From Squalus acanthias (taxonomy: Eukaryota), in assembly GCA_030390025.1 (NCBI GenBank), contig JASTWF010000244.1:62001-126000 (forward strand): a stretch of DNA of 64,000 nucleotides, given 5' to 3'. Positions 35,440-47,963 of the stretch are shown here, in pieces (position 1 is the first letter of the stretch; each line of letters opens with the position of its first letter). The notes beneath the pieces were generated by a model. The model was not told the DNA's origin. It ran no database searches and saw only the letters and a list, made by a program, of their open reading frames with translations. The position numbers were made by a program, and so were the translations under genes.

Positions 35440-36415
35440 AACTACCTCACAAAGCGTTGAGTCAATGTAGAAATCTCTCTCTCTCTCTCTCTCCGAATCT
35501 CTCTCTCTCTCTCAGAACGAGTGGTGCATAAATGTCGACCACAGAAAAAGACAGGAAGAGGCCCCCTTTAAATAGCGGCCCCCCCCAGCCCCACAGCGAT
35601 TGATAGCATTCCAGTCTTCCGGTCGTTGGAAGCGCCAGGCGGTAAGGCAGGGGGCGCCACTCAATTTCCGCTCCGGGGCGCCCCAAGGGCGTTGCACCAT
35701 GGAATGACGTCATAATCTGCGCGCGCAGGTGGTCGCAGCGGTAAGTTTTAGCGCCGCCGCACAATCTCAAGTTAAGTTCTCGAGCGGCGCAAACATCGCT
35801 GCGCCCGGGCGTTAGCGGCTTTGCGCCCCATTAGCGCCCTCTTAAGGCGCTAACGGGAGGCGCAACCAAGTGAATTTTTACCCCATATACTTTTCCGGTA
35901 ATAAAGGCGGTACCTTAATGTAACGCGGCACAGGCAACCAATCAGTGAATGTGCAGACGGGGCGAAACCCAATCAAATTGTTTAGATGGATCGTGCACGA
36001 GGCTAATTATGTACCAAAATTTTGTATCATTGGAGAGAAGCCTGGCTAGATGGATAGCAGGTTGTCCCCCCACCGGTGCGAATAAAGACTGCTTGAATCT
36101 TCAAACGCAGACTGGTGTTGAGTGTTTATTTCAAATACTCCACTTCAATAGTGAAATAAACAACCTAAGACATCAAAGGCATGCACAACAAATGTTAGCA
36201 GTTGTATCAGCAGTAGACACACAGAATATGATGCCATATGGTACACACATTTGTTCTACATAATTAAACCTGTAAAAGATACAATACATTGGAGCTCCTG
36301 GGGAACTGCAGTCTAGTCTTGCTGAAGCTAGCGTAAGCAGTCAAGACAACAAGCTTGCAACCGTATAAAAATATGTGAGTTATAATGTTAGAACATTATA
36401 ACATTCTTCTCCTAA

Positions 36416-39290
36416 GGTCCCCACCATCACAGAAGCCAGTCTTCAGTCAATTCGATTCACTCAACGTGATATCAAGAAACGACTGAGCATACTGGAGACA
36501 GCAAAGGCTATGGGCCCCAACAACATCCTGGCTATCGTGCTGAAGACTTGTGCTCCAGAACTAGCCATGCCTCTAGCCAAGTTGTTCCATTAAAGCTACA
36601 ATACTGACATCTAGCCGACAAAGTGGAAAATTGCCCAGGTATGTCCTGTCCACAAAAAGCAGGACAAATCCAATCTGGCCAATTACCACCCGATCAGCCT
36701 ACTCTCAATCATCAATAAATTGATGGAAGGGGTCGTAGACAGTGTTATCAAGCAGCGCTTACTCACCAATAACCTGCTCACAGATGCTCAGTTTGGGTTC
36801 CGCCAGGACCACTCGGCTCCAGACCTCATTACAGCCTTGGTCCAAACATGGCCAAAAGAGCTGAATTCCAGAGGTGAGTTGAGAGTGACTGCCCTTGACA
36901 TCAAGGCAGCATTTGACTGAGTGTGGCATCCACACAGCGGACCCGAGCGGGAGCAGTGGCAGCAACATAAGGAGCAGGAGCGGAAGCGGAGAAGGTTCAG
37001 GACACAGCGGACCTGAGCGACGATTTTTTAAAAAGGAGTGACATCACAGGACAGCAGGTAGGTGATTGATTGGTGAGTATTACAGTTCTTTATTAAACTA
37101 AGAGCTGGGGAATTATAACTATTACGTTATTAAATATTAATTTAACTAGATAAACTAATTAATTAATATAACTATAAATAATCGTTTGATTGAAAACTTT
37201 AACAAATTAATAAAGCAAATAAATAAAAAATTTCTAGAAATGGATAGGCAGGCTATGTGTCAGGACTGTAGTATGTGGGAGTTTGTGGACAGCGAGACTG
37301 TCCTGGATTCCCATAGCTGCAAGAAATGTCTCTGCCTTCAGTCACTCCGGCTCAGAGTCATTGAGCTGGAGTGGGAGTTGGAGACACTCTGAAACATAAG
37401 GGAGGGGGGGGAATTTCTGGATAGTTTTATCAAGAATACAGTCACACCCCAGAGGAAAGCACAGGTTCAGGAAAGGGAGGGTGTGACTGTTAGGGCGCCG
37501 GGTAGCAGGGACTTAGGAGAGGTTGAGAAGGAGGTCCCGCAGACACTGGTCCTGACCAACAGGTACAATGTACTCGCTACCTGTGAGGACAAAGAGAAAG
37601 ACTGTGGGGCGGACAGCCACAATGCAGACCAAGGCACTGTGGCTCAAAAGGCTGTCCAAGGTGGGGGAAGAGCAGAATAGAAATGTGGTAGTGATAGGGG
37701 ATTCTATCATTAGGGGGATAGATAGCGTTCTCTGCGGCCAAGAACGAGAATCCCGAAGGGTGTGTTGCCTACCCAGTGCCAGGGTAAGGGATATCTCGTG
37801 GCAGCTGGAGAGGAATTTGGAAAGGGAGAAGGTAAATCCAGTTGTCATGGTCCATGTCGGAACAAACGACTTAGGTAGGAAGAGAGAGGAGGTCCCGCAG
37901 AGGGAGTATCAGAAGTTAGGAGCTAAATTAAAAAGCAGGGCCTCGAGGACTGCAACAAATTACAAGAAGACATTAATAAACTTGCAGAATTGGCATATCA
38001 TTAGCAAATGAAATTCAACACAGATAAATGTGAGGTATTACATTTTGGTAAGAAAAATAGGGAAGTCACATATTACTTGGAAAATAAGAATCTAAATGGG
38101 GTAGAGGAGCAAAGGGATCTTGGAGTACAAATGCACAAATCACTAAAAGTATTGACACAGGTTAACAAGGCCATAAAAAAGCAAACCAAGCACTAGGGTT
38201 TATTTCTAGAGGGATAGAATTGAAAAGTAGTGAAGTTATGCTAAACTTGCATCGAACCTTGGTTAGACCATACTTGGAGTACTGCATGCAATTCTGGTTG
38301 CCATATTATAAAAAGGATATGGAGCCACTGGAGAGGGCACAGAGAAGATTTACAAGGATGATACCAGAAATGCGAGGGTGTACCTATCAGGAAAGGATGA
38401 ACAGGCTGGGTCTCTTTTCTCTTGAAAAGAGAAGGCTGAGGGGTGACCTAATAAAGGTCTTTAAAATCATGAAATATTTTGATAGAGTAGATACAGAGAG
38501 AGTGTTTCCACTTGTGGGGAAGAACAAAACTAGAGGCCATCAATATAAGATAGTCACCAAAAAACTCAAATAAAAATTCAGAAGAAACTTCTTTACCCAG
38601 AGAGTGGTGAGAATGTGGAACTCGCTACCACAGGGAGTGGCTGAAGTGAATAGTATAGATGTATTTAAGGGGAGGTTAGATAAGCATATGAGGGAGAAGG
38701 GAATAGAGGGTTATGCTGATAGAGTTAGATGAGGAAAGACGGGAGGAGGCTTGAGTGGAGCATAAACGCTGGCATGGACTGGTTGGGTCGAATGGCCTGT
38801 TTCTGTGCCGTATATCCTGTGTAATCCTATGTAATCAAGGAGCCCTAGTAAAATTGTAGTCAATGGGAATCAGGGGGAAAACTCTCCACTGGCTGGTGTC
38901 ATACCTAGCACAAAGGAAGATGGTTACGGTTGTTGGAGGCCAATCATCTCAGCCCCAGGTCATCGCTGCAGGAGTTCCTCAGGGCAGTGTCCTAGGCCCA
39001 ATCAACTTCAGCTGCTTCATCAATGACCTTCCCTCCAACATAAGGTCAGAAGTGGGGATGTTCGCTGATGATTGCACAGTGTTCAGTTTCATTCGCAACT
39101 CCTCAGATACTGAAGCAGTCCTTGCCTGCATGCAGCAAGACCTGGACGATATTCAGGCTTGGGCTTATAAGTGGCAAGTAACATTCACGCCACACAAGTG
39201 CCAGGCAATGACTATCTCTGAGAGAGTCTAAGTACCTCCCCTTGATATTCAATGGCATTACCATCATCGAATCCCCCACCATCAACATCC
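36416..39290 (+). mobile_element. Non-LTR retrotransposon RT fragment (CR1/jockey group), split by a nested CR1 at 36931-38833
   Basis: QFGFRQDHS, LDIKAAFD, GVPQGSVLGP, FADD; same family at 59665-60312, where the insertion site is empty (GTGTGGCATCAAGG). Confidence 0.88.
36931..38833 (+). mobile_element. Internally deleted CR1 ('CR1-C') with both ends retained
   Basis: 5' UTR, ORF1 (CQDCSMWE, VIGDSIIRG) fused at 37945-37948 to the ORF2 C-terminus, 3' UTR and tail; ATC on both flanks. Confidence 0.88.
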
Positions 39291-40557
39291 TGGAGCTCAT
39301 CCAAAACTCTGCTGTCCGTATCCTAACTTGATCAGAGTCCCATTCACCCATTACCCCTGTGCTCGCTGACCTGCATTGGCTCCCGATTCAGCAAGCCTCG
39401 ATTTTAACATTCTCATCCTTGTTTTCAAATCCCTCCATGGCCAGGGTCCTCCCTATCTCTGTAACCTCCTTCAGCCCTAGAACTCTCCGAGATCTCTGCG
39501 CTCCTCCAATTCTGGCCACTTGCGCATCCCCGATTGGGCTCCACCACTGGCGGCCGTGCCTTCAGCTGCCTAGGCCCTAAGCACTGGCATTCTTTCCATA
39601 AATCTTTCTGCCTCTCTAGCTCTTCTACTTTAAGACGCTCTTTAAAACCTACCTCTTTGACCTGTCATAACGGCCCGGAATTTGCGATGGATAATGATGG
39701 CGAACTGTCAGCGTTGACCGTTATTACCCCTTTGAAACTGACCGCAACTTCAGGGTGTATCACATGTGCATCCTAATGCGGAAATCCTGAAGTTGCGGTC
39801 AGTCATTCACTGCTCTGACACCGTGGAACTCCATGCACCCCCAACCCCTCCGACCACACCGCACCCCCCCCCCCGCCCCCCCCCCGGCTCCCCACAATAG
39901 CCGGCAATCAGAGAAATCAGTGAAACTGACAAAAACTTGGGCTTTTCCGCGGTAATAGTTGTTAAATAAACCATTAAAAGTTATAACTTGTTGGATTAGG
40001 TGAAACTGGGGTTTTAACAGCGTATTGACTGATAAACAAATGTTATCGCCCTGAAAAATAAACTTTTATATTTGTGGAGTGTCAAATTTCTCCATTATAA
40101 TAAAATTACAATTTTTAAGTAACTTTAAAAACAATTATATTTTTAAAAAGTTTTTTCATATTTATTTCCGGTTTATCATTTCCCCATGTGAGAGCCCCAG
40201 TCTTTGTAATGCTCCCTATAACATTTTTAAAAAGTCAGAATAAAAGCACTTCTTCACTTACTGCTTCCCTGTCTGTGAGAATTCTGTATTGTGATTGGCC
40301 GCTTAGACAGCTTGTTGACATCACAGCAGATCCCACTACGCTACACTGATCTCAATTGCACATCGATAAAGGCAAACTTCTCGCCACGGAGATCGCAAGA
40401 TCTTTGTGGGCAGCTTTCTTCGGGGTCAGCGGCGAACGCAAATTATGGGCCAATATTGCCGTACGTGGCTCTGTATCAACTTTGTTTGATAATGCTTCTG
40501 TGAAGCGCCTTGGGACGTTTTACTACATTAAAGGTGCTATATAAATGCAAGTTGTTC
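39291..40557 (+). mobile_element. L2-type LINE 3' fragment, interrupted by a MITE
   Basis: QNSAVRIL...HSPITPVLADLHWLP, GGRAFS; tail GTGAAGCGCCTTGGGACGTTTTACTAC...TATATAAATGCAAGTTG. Confidence 0.8.
39672..40451. mobile_element. Harbinger-type MITE
   Basis: TIRs GGCCCGGAATTTGCG / CGCAAATTATGGGCC; flanks AAC/AAT (3-bp TSD with one mismatch). Confidence 0.8.
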
Positions 40558-40559
40558 TT

Positions 40560-43500
40560 ATTGTCTTCACAACTCCCATTCTCTGCCATTAACCCACCAA
40601 GGTATACAAACTTTTTCACCTATTCAACTGCATCCCTTCCAACTGTAATGTGTGTATCTTCCTGATGCTTCCCTAATTACATGACCTTTGTCTTATCTTT
40701 GTTAATGTGTAATCAAAAGTTTCTACTCTCCACATAGACCTTATCAGTTAGTCTCTGAAAATCTGTTTTACATGTTGCTGTAAGATCAACGTCATCAGCA
40801 AATCTGAGATTGTTTAAAATCTTGCCAGACAAGGAGAGTCCTCCAATATCATCATTTAGTGCAAGATTCATTACTGCTTCTAGTACTAGATTAAATAAAT
40901 CAGGCGACTGTGTGCATCCTTATTTCACCCCGACTGTAGATCTGAACCATTCCGTGTGTTTCCTATCCACGCTAACAGCTTTCAGGGACTTATTATACGA
41001 GAGAAAGCTAGCTAGAAATATAAAAACAGATAGTAAGAGTTTCTATAGATATTTAAAAAAGAAAAGAGTTAACAAAGTGAGCGTTGGTCCTATAAAAAGC
41101 GAGTCTGGGGAATTAATAATGGAAAATAAGGAGATGGCAGTTGAATTGAACAGGTATTTTGCATCGGTCTTCACTATAGAGGATATAAGTAACATTCCAG
41201 AAATAGCTGTAAATCAGGAAATGGAAGGGAGGGAGGAACTCAAGAAAATTATAATCACCAGGGAAGTGGTACTGAGCAAATTGTTGGAGCTGTGGGCTGA
41301 CAAGTCCCCGGGTCCTGATGGACTTCATCCTAGGGTTTTAAAAGAAGTGGCTAGTGAGATAGTTGATGCGTTGGTTTTAATTTTCGAAAATTCCCTAGAT
41401 TTGGGGAAGGTACCATTAGATTGGAAAATAGCGAATGTAACTCCTTTATTCAAAAAGGGAGGGAGACAGAAAGCAGGAAACTACAGGCCAGTTAGCTTAA
41501 CATCTGTCATAGGGAAGATGTTAGAAGCTGTTATTAAAGACGTTATAGCAGGGCATTTAGAAAAGTTCAAAGTTATCAGGCAGAGTCAACATGGTTTTGT
41601 GCAAGGGAAATCATGTTTAAACAATTTATTGGAGTTCTATGAGGAAGTAACATGAACCGGTGGATGTACTGAACTTAGATTTCCAGAAGGCATTTGATAA
41701 GGTGCCACATCAAAGGTTATTGCGGAAAATAAAAGCTCATGGTGTAGTGGGTAACATATTGGCATGGATAGAAGATTGGCTAGCTAACAGGAAACAGAGA
41801 GTAGGCATAAATGGGTCATTTTCTGATTGGCAAAATGTAATGAGTGGTGTGCCACAGGGATCAGTGCTGGGGCCTCAACTTTTTACAATTTATATAAATG
41901 ACTTGGATGAAGGGACCGAAGGTATGGTTGCTAAATTTGCTTTTGACACAAAGATAGGTAGGAAAGTAAATTGTGAAGAGGACATAAGGAGGCTACAAAG
42001 GGATATAGATAAGTTAAGTGAGTGGGCAAAGATCTGGCAAATGGAGTATAATGTGGGAAAATATGAAGTTGTCCATTTTGGCAGGAAGAATAAAAAAGAA
42101 GCATATTATCTAAATGGTGAGAGATTGCAGAGCTCTGAGATGCAAAGGGATCTGGGTGTCCTAGTGCATGAATTACAAAAGGTTACTATGCAGTTACAGC
42201 AAGTAATTAGGAAAGCTAATAGAATGTTATCGTTTATTGCGAGGGGAATTGAATACAAAAGTAGGGAGGTTATGCTTCAGTTATACAGGGCATTGGTGAG
42301 ACCACATCTGGAGTACTGTGTACAGTATTGGTCTCCTTATTTAAGGAAGGATGTAAATGCGTTGGAAGCAGTTCAGAGAAGGTTTACTAGACTAATACCT
42401 GGAATGGGCGGGTTGTCTTATGAGGAAAGATTGGACAGGCTAGGCTTGTATCCGTTGGAGTTTAGAAGAATAAGAGGTGACTTGATTGAAACATATAAGA
42501 TCCTGAGAGGTCTGGACAGGGTGGATGTGGAGAGGATGTTTCCTCTTGTGGGAGAATCTCGAACTAGGGGTCACTGTTTAAAAATAAGGGGTCGTCCATT
42601 TAAGACAGAGATGAGGAGAAATTTTTTCTCACAGAGGGTCGTGAGTCTTTGGAACTCTCTTCCTCAGACGGCGGTGGAAGCAGAGTCTTTGAATATTTTT
42701 AAGGCAGAGGTAGATAGATTCTTGGTAAGCAAGGGGGTGAAAAGTTTATCGGGGGTAGGCGGGAATGTGGAGTAATCAGATCAGCCATGATCTTATTGAA
42801 TGGTAGAGCAGGCTCGAAGGGCCGAGTGGCCTACTCCTGCTCCTATCTTCTATGTTTCCATGTTTCTATCAGTCTGACTATACATCCTCAAGACCTGCCA
42901 TATTTCTTATCGCCATACACTGATTAAGGCCTGCTTAAAATGTATGAAGTTGTTGTAACAATGGATGTTGTGTTCTATAAATTTCTCCAAAATCTGTCTT
43001 ATCACAAACAGTTGATCTATTGAACTTCATCCTGGTCTAAAACCAGTTTGTTCTTCATGCAGTACCACTTTACATATCTTTTCATTCTCCTCTGCAGTGC
43101 CTATAGTAAATACTCTTCTGGGTATACTCAGTAAGCTGATTCCTCTGTAATTGCTACATTCACTCGCATCTCTCCTTGCCTACTTTGGTATTATTATCAC
43201 CTTTCCCAGTCTTCAGAGACTTGCTCTTATTAACAAATTTTGTTAAACAGCCTTTGCATCACTTTCACCGTATGTCCCTCATCCGCCCGGAATAACTCTC
43301 CAATTATATTATCCATACCAGGAGTCTTGTCCTTTTTCAAGGATTCTAGTTCTGATGGTGGCAAACACACCCTTTCTCTCAAAGAAAGACACAAAAAAGT
43401 GGATTTGGCTGTCACTTGATGGACAGATAAGAAATATGATAAATTTCATCATTGTAAATAGAAGATGGAAATCCAGTGTTATGTCATGCGGCTCCTTTGC

Positions 43501-43560
43501 GGCTGACGTTGGCCCTGGCCATAAGTTTGTTTTGGCACAGATAAGGTCGAGACTGAGAGC
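40560..43560 (-). mobile_element. RTE-clade LINE remnant, split by a CR1, with an inverted 5' segment (43351-43560 on +)
   Basis: Minus strand NLRFADD (~40790), GFRPG (~43035), KTPGMDNI (~43320); plus strand MVANT.F...W.WLSLDG...NFIIV.RRW...SCGSF endonuclease C-terminus. Confidence 0.8.
40995..42869 (+). mobile_element. 5'-truncated CR1 ('CR1-D') inserted in the RTE
   Basis: RT ORFs 40810-41655 and 41660-42775 (FAFD in place of FADD), CR1 3' UTR and TTTCTAT tail. Confidence 0.92.
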
Positions 43561-43886
43561 TGCTGGATTTACAGCAGTGCGGACTCCAAGCACGATTGAC
43601 GGGGGAATTACGAATTAATTTGCCATTCTGGCCAGGAATAGTGGTGTCAGTAGGTGCAGCCCTATCTGGCAGGAGTCCATCACAGGAATAAGGGCGTTGG
43701 TTCAGCCTCCGTCCCCGAAACATCTTTGTTGAATTGAATATAAAACAATGTACATATTCACCATCAAGAATATTTTACGGTTGCTGTTGTGGGTCGGCTG
43801 CAGACCCTACCTTAGCGACAAATATAACTTATTAAAAAGTTGCAGCAGTTTAGCTGGAGGAACCACGTGATCAACAAAACATGAAC

Positions 43887-43898
43887 GAAACTGAAAGT
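43887..43898 (+). promoter_or_regulatory. Interferon-stimulated response element (ISRE/IRF site)
   Basis: GAAACTGAAAGT fits GAAANNGAAA(G/C)T; E-box CACGTG at 43864; just upstream of a leader-like exon. Confidence 0.6.
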
Positions 43899-43926
43899 AA
43901 AGTTGTGCTTTTTTTAGTTTTACAAA

Positions 43927-44040
43927 ATGGTTGCTGTGGGTATATTCGGATTCAAATATCTCCAAATGACGGCTCAGGGTTGCGGGGTCCCGGGACCCTG
44001 GTGTGGGCTCTGCTCGCGGTGTGGCTCGTCTGTCCCGCAG
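43927..44040 (+). CDS. Putative first (signal-peptide) exon of a downstream gene, possibly frameshifted
   Basis: CpG-enriched; CAG|GTAAAG donor at 44041; frame LVWALLAVWLVCPA-G ends in phase 1; the strong-Kozak ATG at 43927 is in another frame. Confidence 0.5.
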
Positions 44041-44837
44041 GTAAAGAAACATTGCAGCGCTCAGTCCTCCAAATTCTCCAGTGTAAATTATGTAAAAAAA
44101 ACTTGGGCTGACAAAATGGAGTCTCAACAAACGAGAAGTTTCTCTTCCAGAGTCAGTCTCAGGAATTGTATATTTTAAGCAACCTTTCGTGTGTGTTTTA
44201 TTGCCAGTTCTTGTAGTGAAAGGCTGACGGTATATTTAGTTTTGTGTGGGGGAAAAAATTAAGTTTAGAAAATTATACTTTGTACGATGAGTCTAGCCAT
44301 TTTGCATTTGTTTAGTTTCCGTTTCAAAAAACATTAAATTCAGATTATTCTTTAGTAATAAAAACGGTTTTAAACAAAAATATTGTAATAAAAAGCTGGT
44401 ATCTGCAAAAGTGACCATGAAGATTGTGGTAAAAATCTTTACGAATGTCCTTTAGGGAAGGAAACCTGTCCCAATGTGGTCTAGAAGCGAGTCCAGTACA
44501 ACACTTAACGTGGTTGGTTCTGAACTGCCCTCTGAAGTGCAAGCCATTAAGTCGTATCAAATTATTATTAGTAGTTCAGTAAGAAGGCCCACCACCACCG
44601 TATCAAGGCAAGAAGGAATAGACAATAAATGTCAGCACCTTGAGAATTAATATTTTTAAAAAAACCTCTGAGCAATATTCCCTCAAATGTTTTTTTGTGA
44701 ACTCCTTTGACTGCGACCTTTTTGTCCGTGAGAAAATTTTAAAACAGCAACTTTTACAACAACAACAGCAACTACTTAAAACCTATATCCACTTAATGCT
44801 ATATTGCCACCCCACCGTCTCAAATCATGAGATAATC

Positions 44838-44962
44838 ATGATGCGGAGATGCCGGTGTTGGACTGGGGTGGACAAAAATGAGAAGTCGCACAACACCAGG
44901 TTATAGTCCAACAGTTTTATTTGAAATTACGAGCTTTCAGAGCTCTGCTCCTTCTTCAGGTA
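44838..44962 (-). mobile_element. Penelope-like terminal fragment (family 1) with hammerhead motif at 44928-44962
   Basis: Matches 16831-16956; minus strand UAC-CUGAAGA-A-GGAGC-AGA-GCUCU-GAAA-GCU-C-GUA. Confidence 0.72.
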
Positions 44963-45129
44963 CAGGTACAGTGAGGGAATACAAATCGATTACACAGTAT
45001 ATATAACAGAGAACAATGTGTCTGCAGAGATACAGTCAGGGAGGCATTACATCAAAGACACATCAGAGTACAGCTAAGATAATGAGGTGGGTCACAGGGG
45101 GTCCAACGTGTCAAATGCTGCCGTCTGCA

Positions 45130-45420
45130 GTTATCAGACAAGGTTCTATACAAGTTTAACATAACTTCTCTGCTTTTGAATTCTATTCATGTAGAAATGA
45201 ACACCATTGCTTTATTTGCAATTTTATGGCTTTTTTAACCTGCGTTGCTACTTTTAATGATTTGTGAATCTATACCCCTAGATCCCTTTGCACCTCTACT
45301 CCATTTAGACTCTTATTTTCCAAGGAGCAGGTCACCTCCTTATTCCTCCTACCAAAATGCACCACCTCACACTTACCTATATTGAAATTCATGTAATTTA
45401 CATGCCCATTCTGCAAGTTT
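45130..45420 (-). mobile_element. CR1 ORF2 fragment
   Basis: Reverse complement matches the FNxxKCEVVHFG...EVQRDLGV region. Confidence 0.7.
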
Positions 45421-47963
45421 GTTTACGGTAGAATTAATTAAAAGCTTTTAGTTCATCGTACAAACTCTATTTAAAAAGTAAATTACTTGTTAGAAATGAC
45501 TGGGATATAAAAGAACTGCATAATAATGCATTAACACTTCAGAAACGTCACTCAGTTACACTGCTATGCATCGACAAAAGCCCAAGGTGAGCTGAAAAAG
45601 GCATATTTATTCGTTCAATCTGTATTAATTTTAAAGTTTTCAATGTATTAGCCCATCCCTCATGTCACTATAGCGATGGCTGCACAAGCAGCAGGAGCAG
45701 CAGCTTTCCTATGGCGCTGACATGCTGTACGTCCACATAAGTGATTAGAATATTAATCACAATGCAACCAGACAACCAACAAATATAAAGTGCTGCAGTT
45801 CTTTAGTTCACAGTATTAAAAAAATTGAACAAAAATGGGTATCCGTATTTTCAACTTCAATCACTTCCGTAATAAATGTTGTCTTCTTGAACCAGCACAC
45901 CCCCCATGTAACATTTCAGAAATGCAGCACTTATTCACAAGTGCATAAAAACACATACACAATTTGCGTCACCGAATTAAAAACAAAAAGCAGGAAAAGC
46001 TATGATTTAACAGAAATAAACATTCATCTTTCTTCCTGAACAGGAGAACCAATCAGACTGACTTGGAAATGTTTACTAATATGTTGACGTAAAGATGTTA
46101 ATTTACGAATTTCGCTTCGAATGTTTTTCTCTCAAACATTCTCCACAATATTAATCCCTGCTCTTATCACGAAAAGTGTCGAATTATTTTAGGTACTTCG
46201 CAATTAAAAAGTGGGAAACAAACTTCATTGTACCCTCAATTTTTAATCTCCAATTTCAAACATTAAAATCAAATTGAAATTGTACATTATCAGTTTAATC
46301 CAAGTATTTCTGTGCCTTTCTCAATAAATAAATAGTATTTTCTTCTAAAGTAGCTTCCTGCAATTTTTATACGTCATTACATAACTCGTGTTTCTATTAA
46401 CACTCCACTAAACGTTTAAGAGGAAATCTATAGTTATATTATTCCTGGGACTTGTTAGGACGATAGAACAACAGACAAAATAAAATGGTTTGTGTTTTTC
46501 CCCCTTTTTGGATCTTTTCCTAAACATCTTAATGATACTTTTTATTGAATTTTTAAAAATATTATCTGTAACTCCTACAAATCCTCCCATGCCCTCACCC
46601 TCCTCAACAGCATGGTTGCATGTTTGTGGAAAGCTACTCACTTCTGTCGATCGTTCAAAATAAAATACTGAGAAATTTCAATTTAAAAAGTTTTAAGCAT
46701 TTCAGACCCTCTTTAAAAGCGTTTGGACTTGAAGACCTGGTTGAAACTTGCTGAGATGAGGGGAAAATTGATTTTTGTTTCTGTTTCTTCCAAAATCACA
46801 TTCGAAACATAGGGGGGAAAAAAAGTGTTTTTAACATTCACTTTTTTTAAAAGTTCATTAAAAATCTTTAAATTCTTTCAAGTCTCGTTGCAGCTTTGAC
46901 AGAAGAAGTTGCTCCAAGTTTCTCTTTGCCTCTTCAACGCTGTCATTAAATATACAACAAAGAAAAAGTTCTAATTATAAACGGAACTCAAATGAGCAAG
47001 TGAATAAAGTGGTGAAACTTCCTAAGAAGGCGGTGAGGTTATCTATCCCCAGCCTTGGCGATGAGTTGGGATCAGTTTTGGAGAAGTTGTTTCCTCTTTT
47101 TCTGCTGCCGTTCCCTCCGTCTCTCTCAGACTCTGAGGTACAAACAGGGGCACAAACTTTTTCCCCTCTCTCATAACATGACTTAAATAATCCTGATAGA
47201 CTCTTTCAAAAAGGGGACATCACCTGGCAAAATTTAACTGGAACTTACCGCGGGACATTCAACATAATTTTCCCAGTAATTTTTTCCGGCTTTAAACAAT
47301 TTTCTAAATTAATTCTTTTTTTCATATTTTTGTTTCCCCGGGGGCCTGAAACTTGTTTGCTTTAGCGTCCTTCCAGCGGCCCTTGTACATGTGCTGCGCC
47401 TCCACCGGTGTTGTTCCCAAGTGCGGCTGCGGCTCAGTCCCCGAGAACGGACTACGTGCGTCTGGATACTCGCCCCTCTCTCTCCCTGTCCCTCTCTCCC
47501 TCTGGGTCTCTCTCAGTCTCTCTCTGACCCCCTCCCTCTAAATCTCTCTCTCACCCCCCAGTCTCTCTACCTCACCCTCACCCAGTCTCTCTCTCTCTCT
47601 CTCCCCCCAGTCTCTCTCTCTCTCTCTCCCAGTTTATCTCTCTCTCTCCCCAGTCTCTCTCTCTCTCTCCCCCCAGTCTCTATCTCTCTCTCTCCCAGTC
47701 TATTTCTCTCTCTCCCCAGTCTCTCTCTCTCCCTCCAGTCTCTCTCTCTCGCTCTCCCAGTCTATCTCTCTCTCCCTAGTCTCTCTCTCCCCAGTCTCTC
47801 TCTCTCTCTCCCCCAGTCTCTCTCTCGCTCTTTCTATCCCCCTAGTCTCTCTCTCTTTATCTCTCTCTCCCCCCAGTCTCTCTCTCTCTTTATCTCTCTC
47901 TCCCCCCAGTCTCTCGCTCTCTCCCCCAGTCTCTCTCTTGCTCTCTCTCCCCAGTCTCTCTCT

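Larger units (their letters stand above)
31681..35884. mobile_element. Full-length PIF/Harbinger DNA transposon (4204 bp), TSD ATA
   Basis: TIRs GGGGTAGAAATT / AATTTTTACCCC; ATA at 31678-31680 and 35885-35887; convergent transposase and Myb/SANT genes. Confidence 0.95.
31133..36147 (+). mobile_element. 3' LTR of the env-bearing element (~810 bp net), interrupted by the Harbinger
   Basis: TGAA...TTCA termini, CCAAT boxes ~35938/35970, AATAAA at 36081; U5 end homologous to 27401-27651. Confidence 0.75.
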
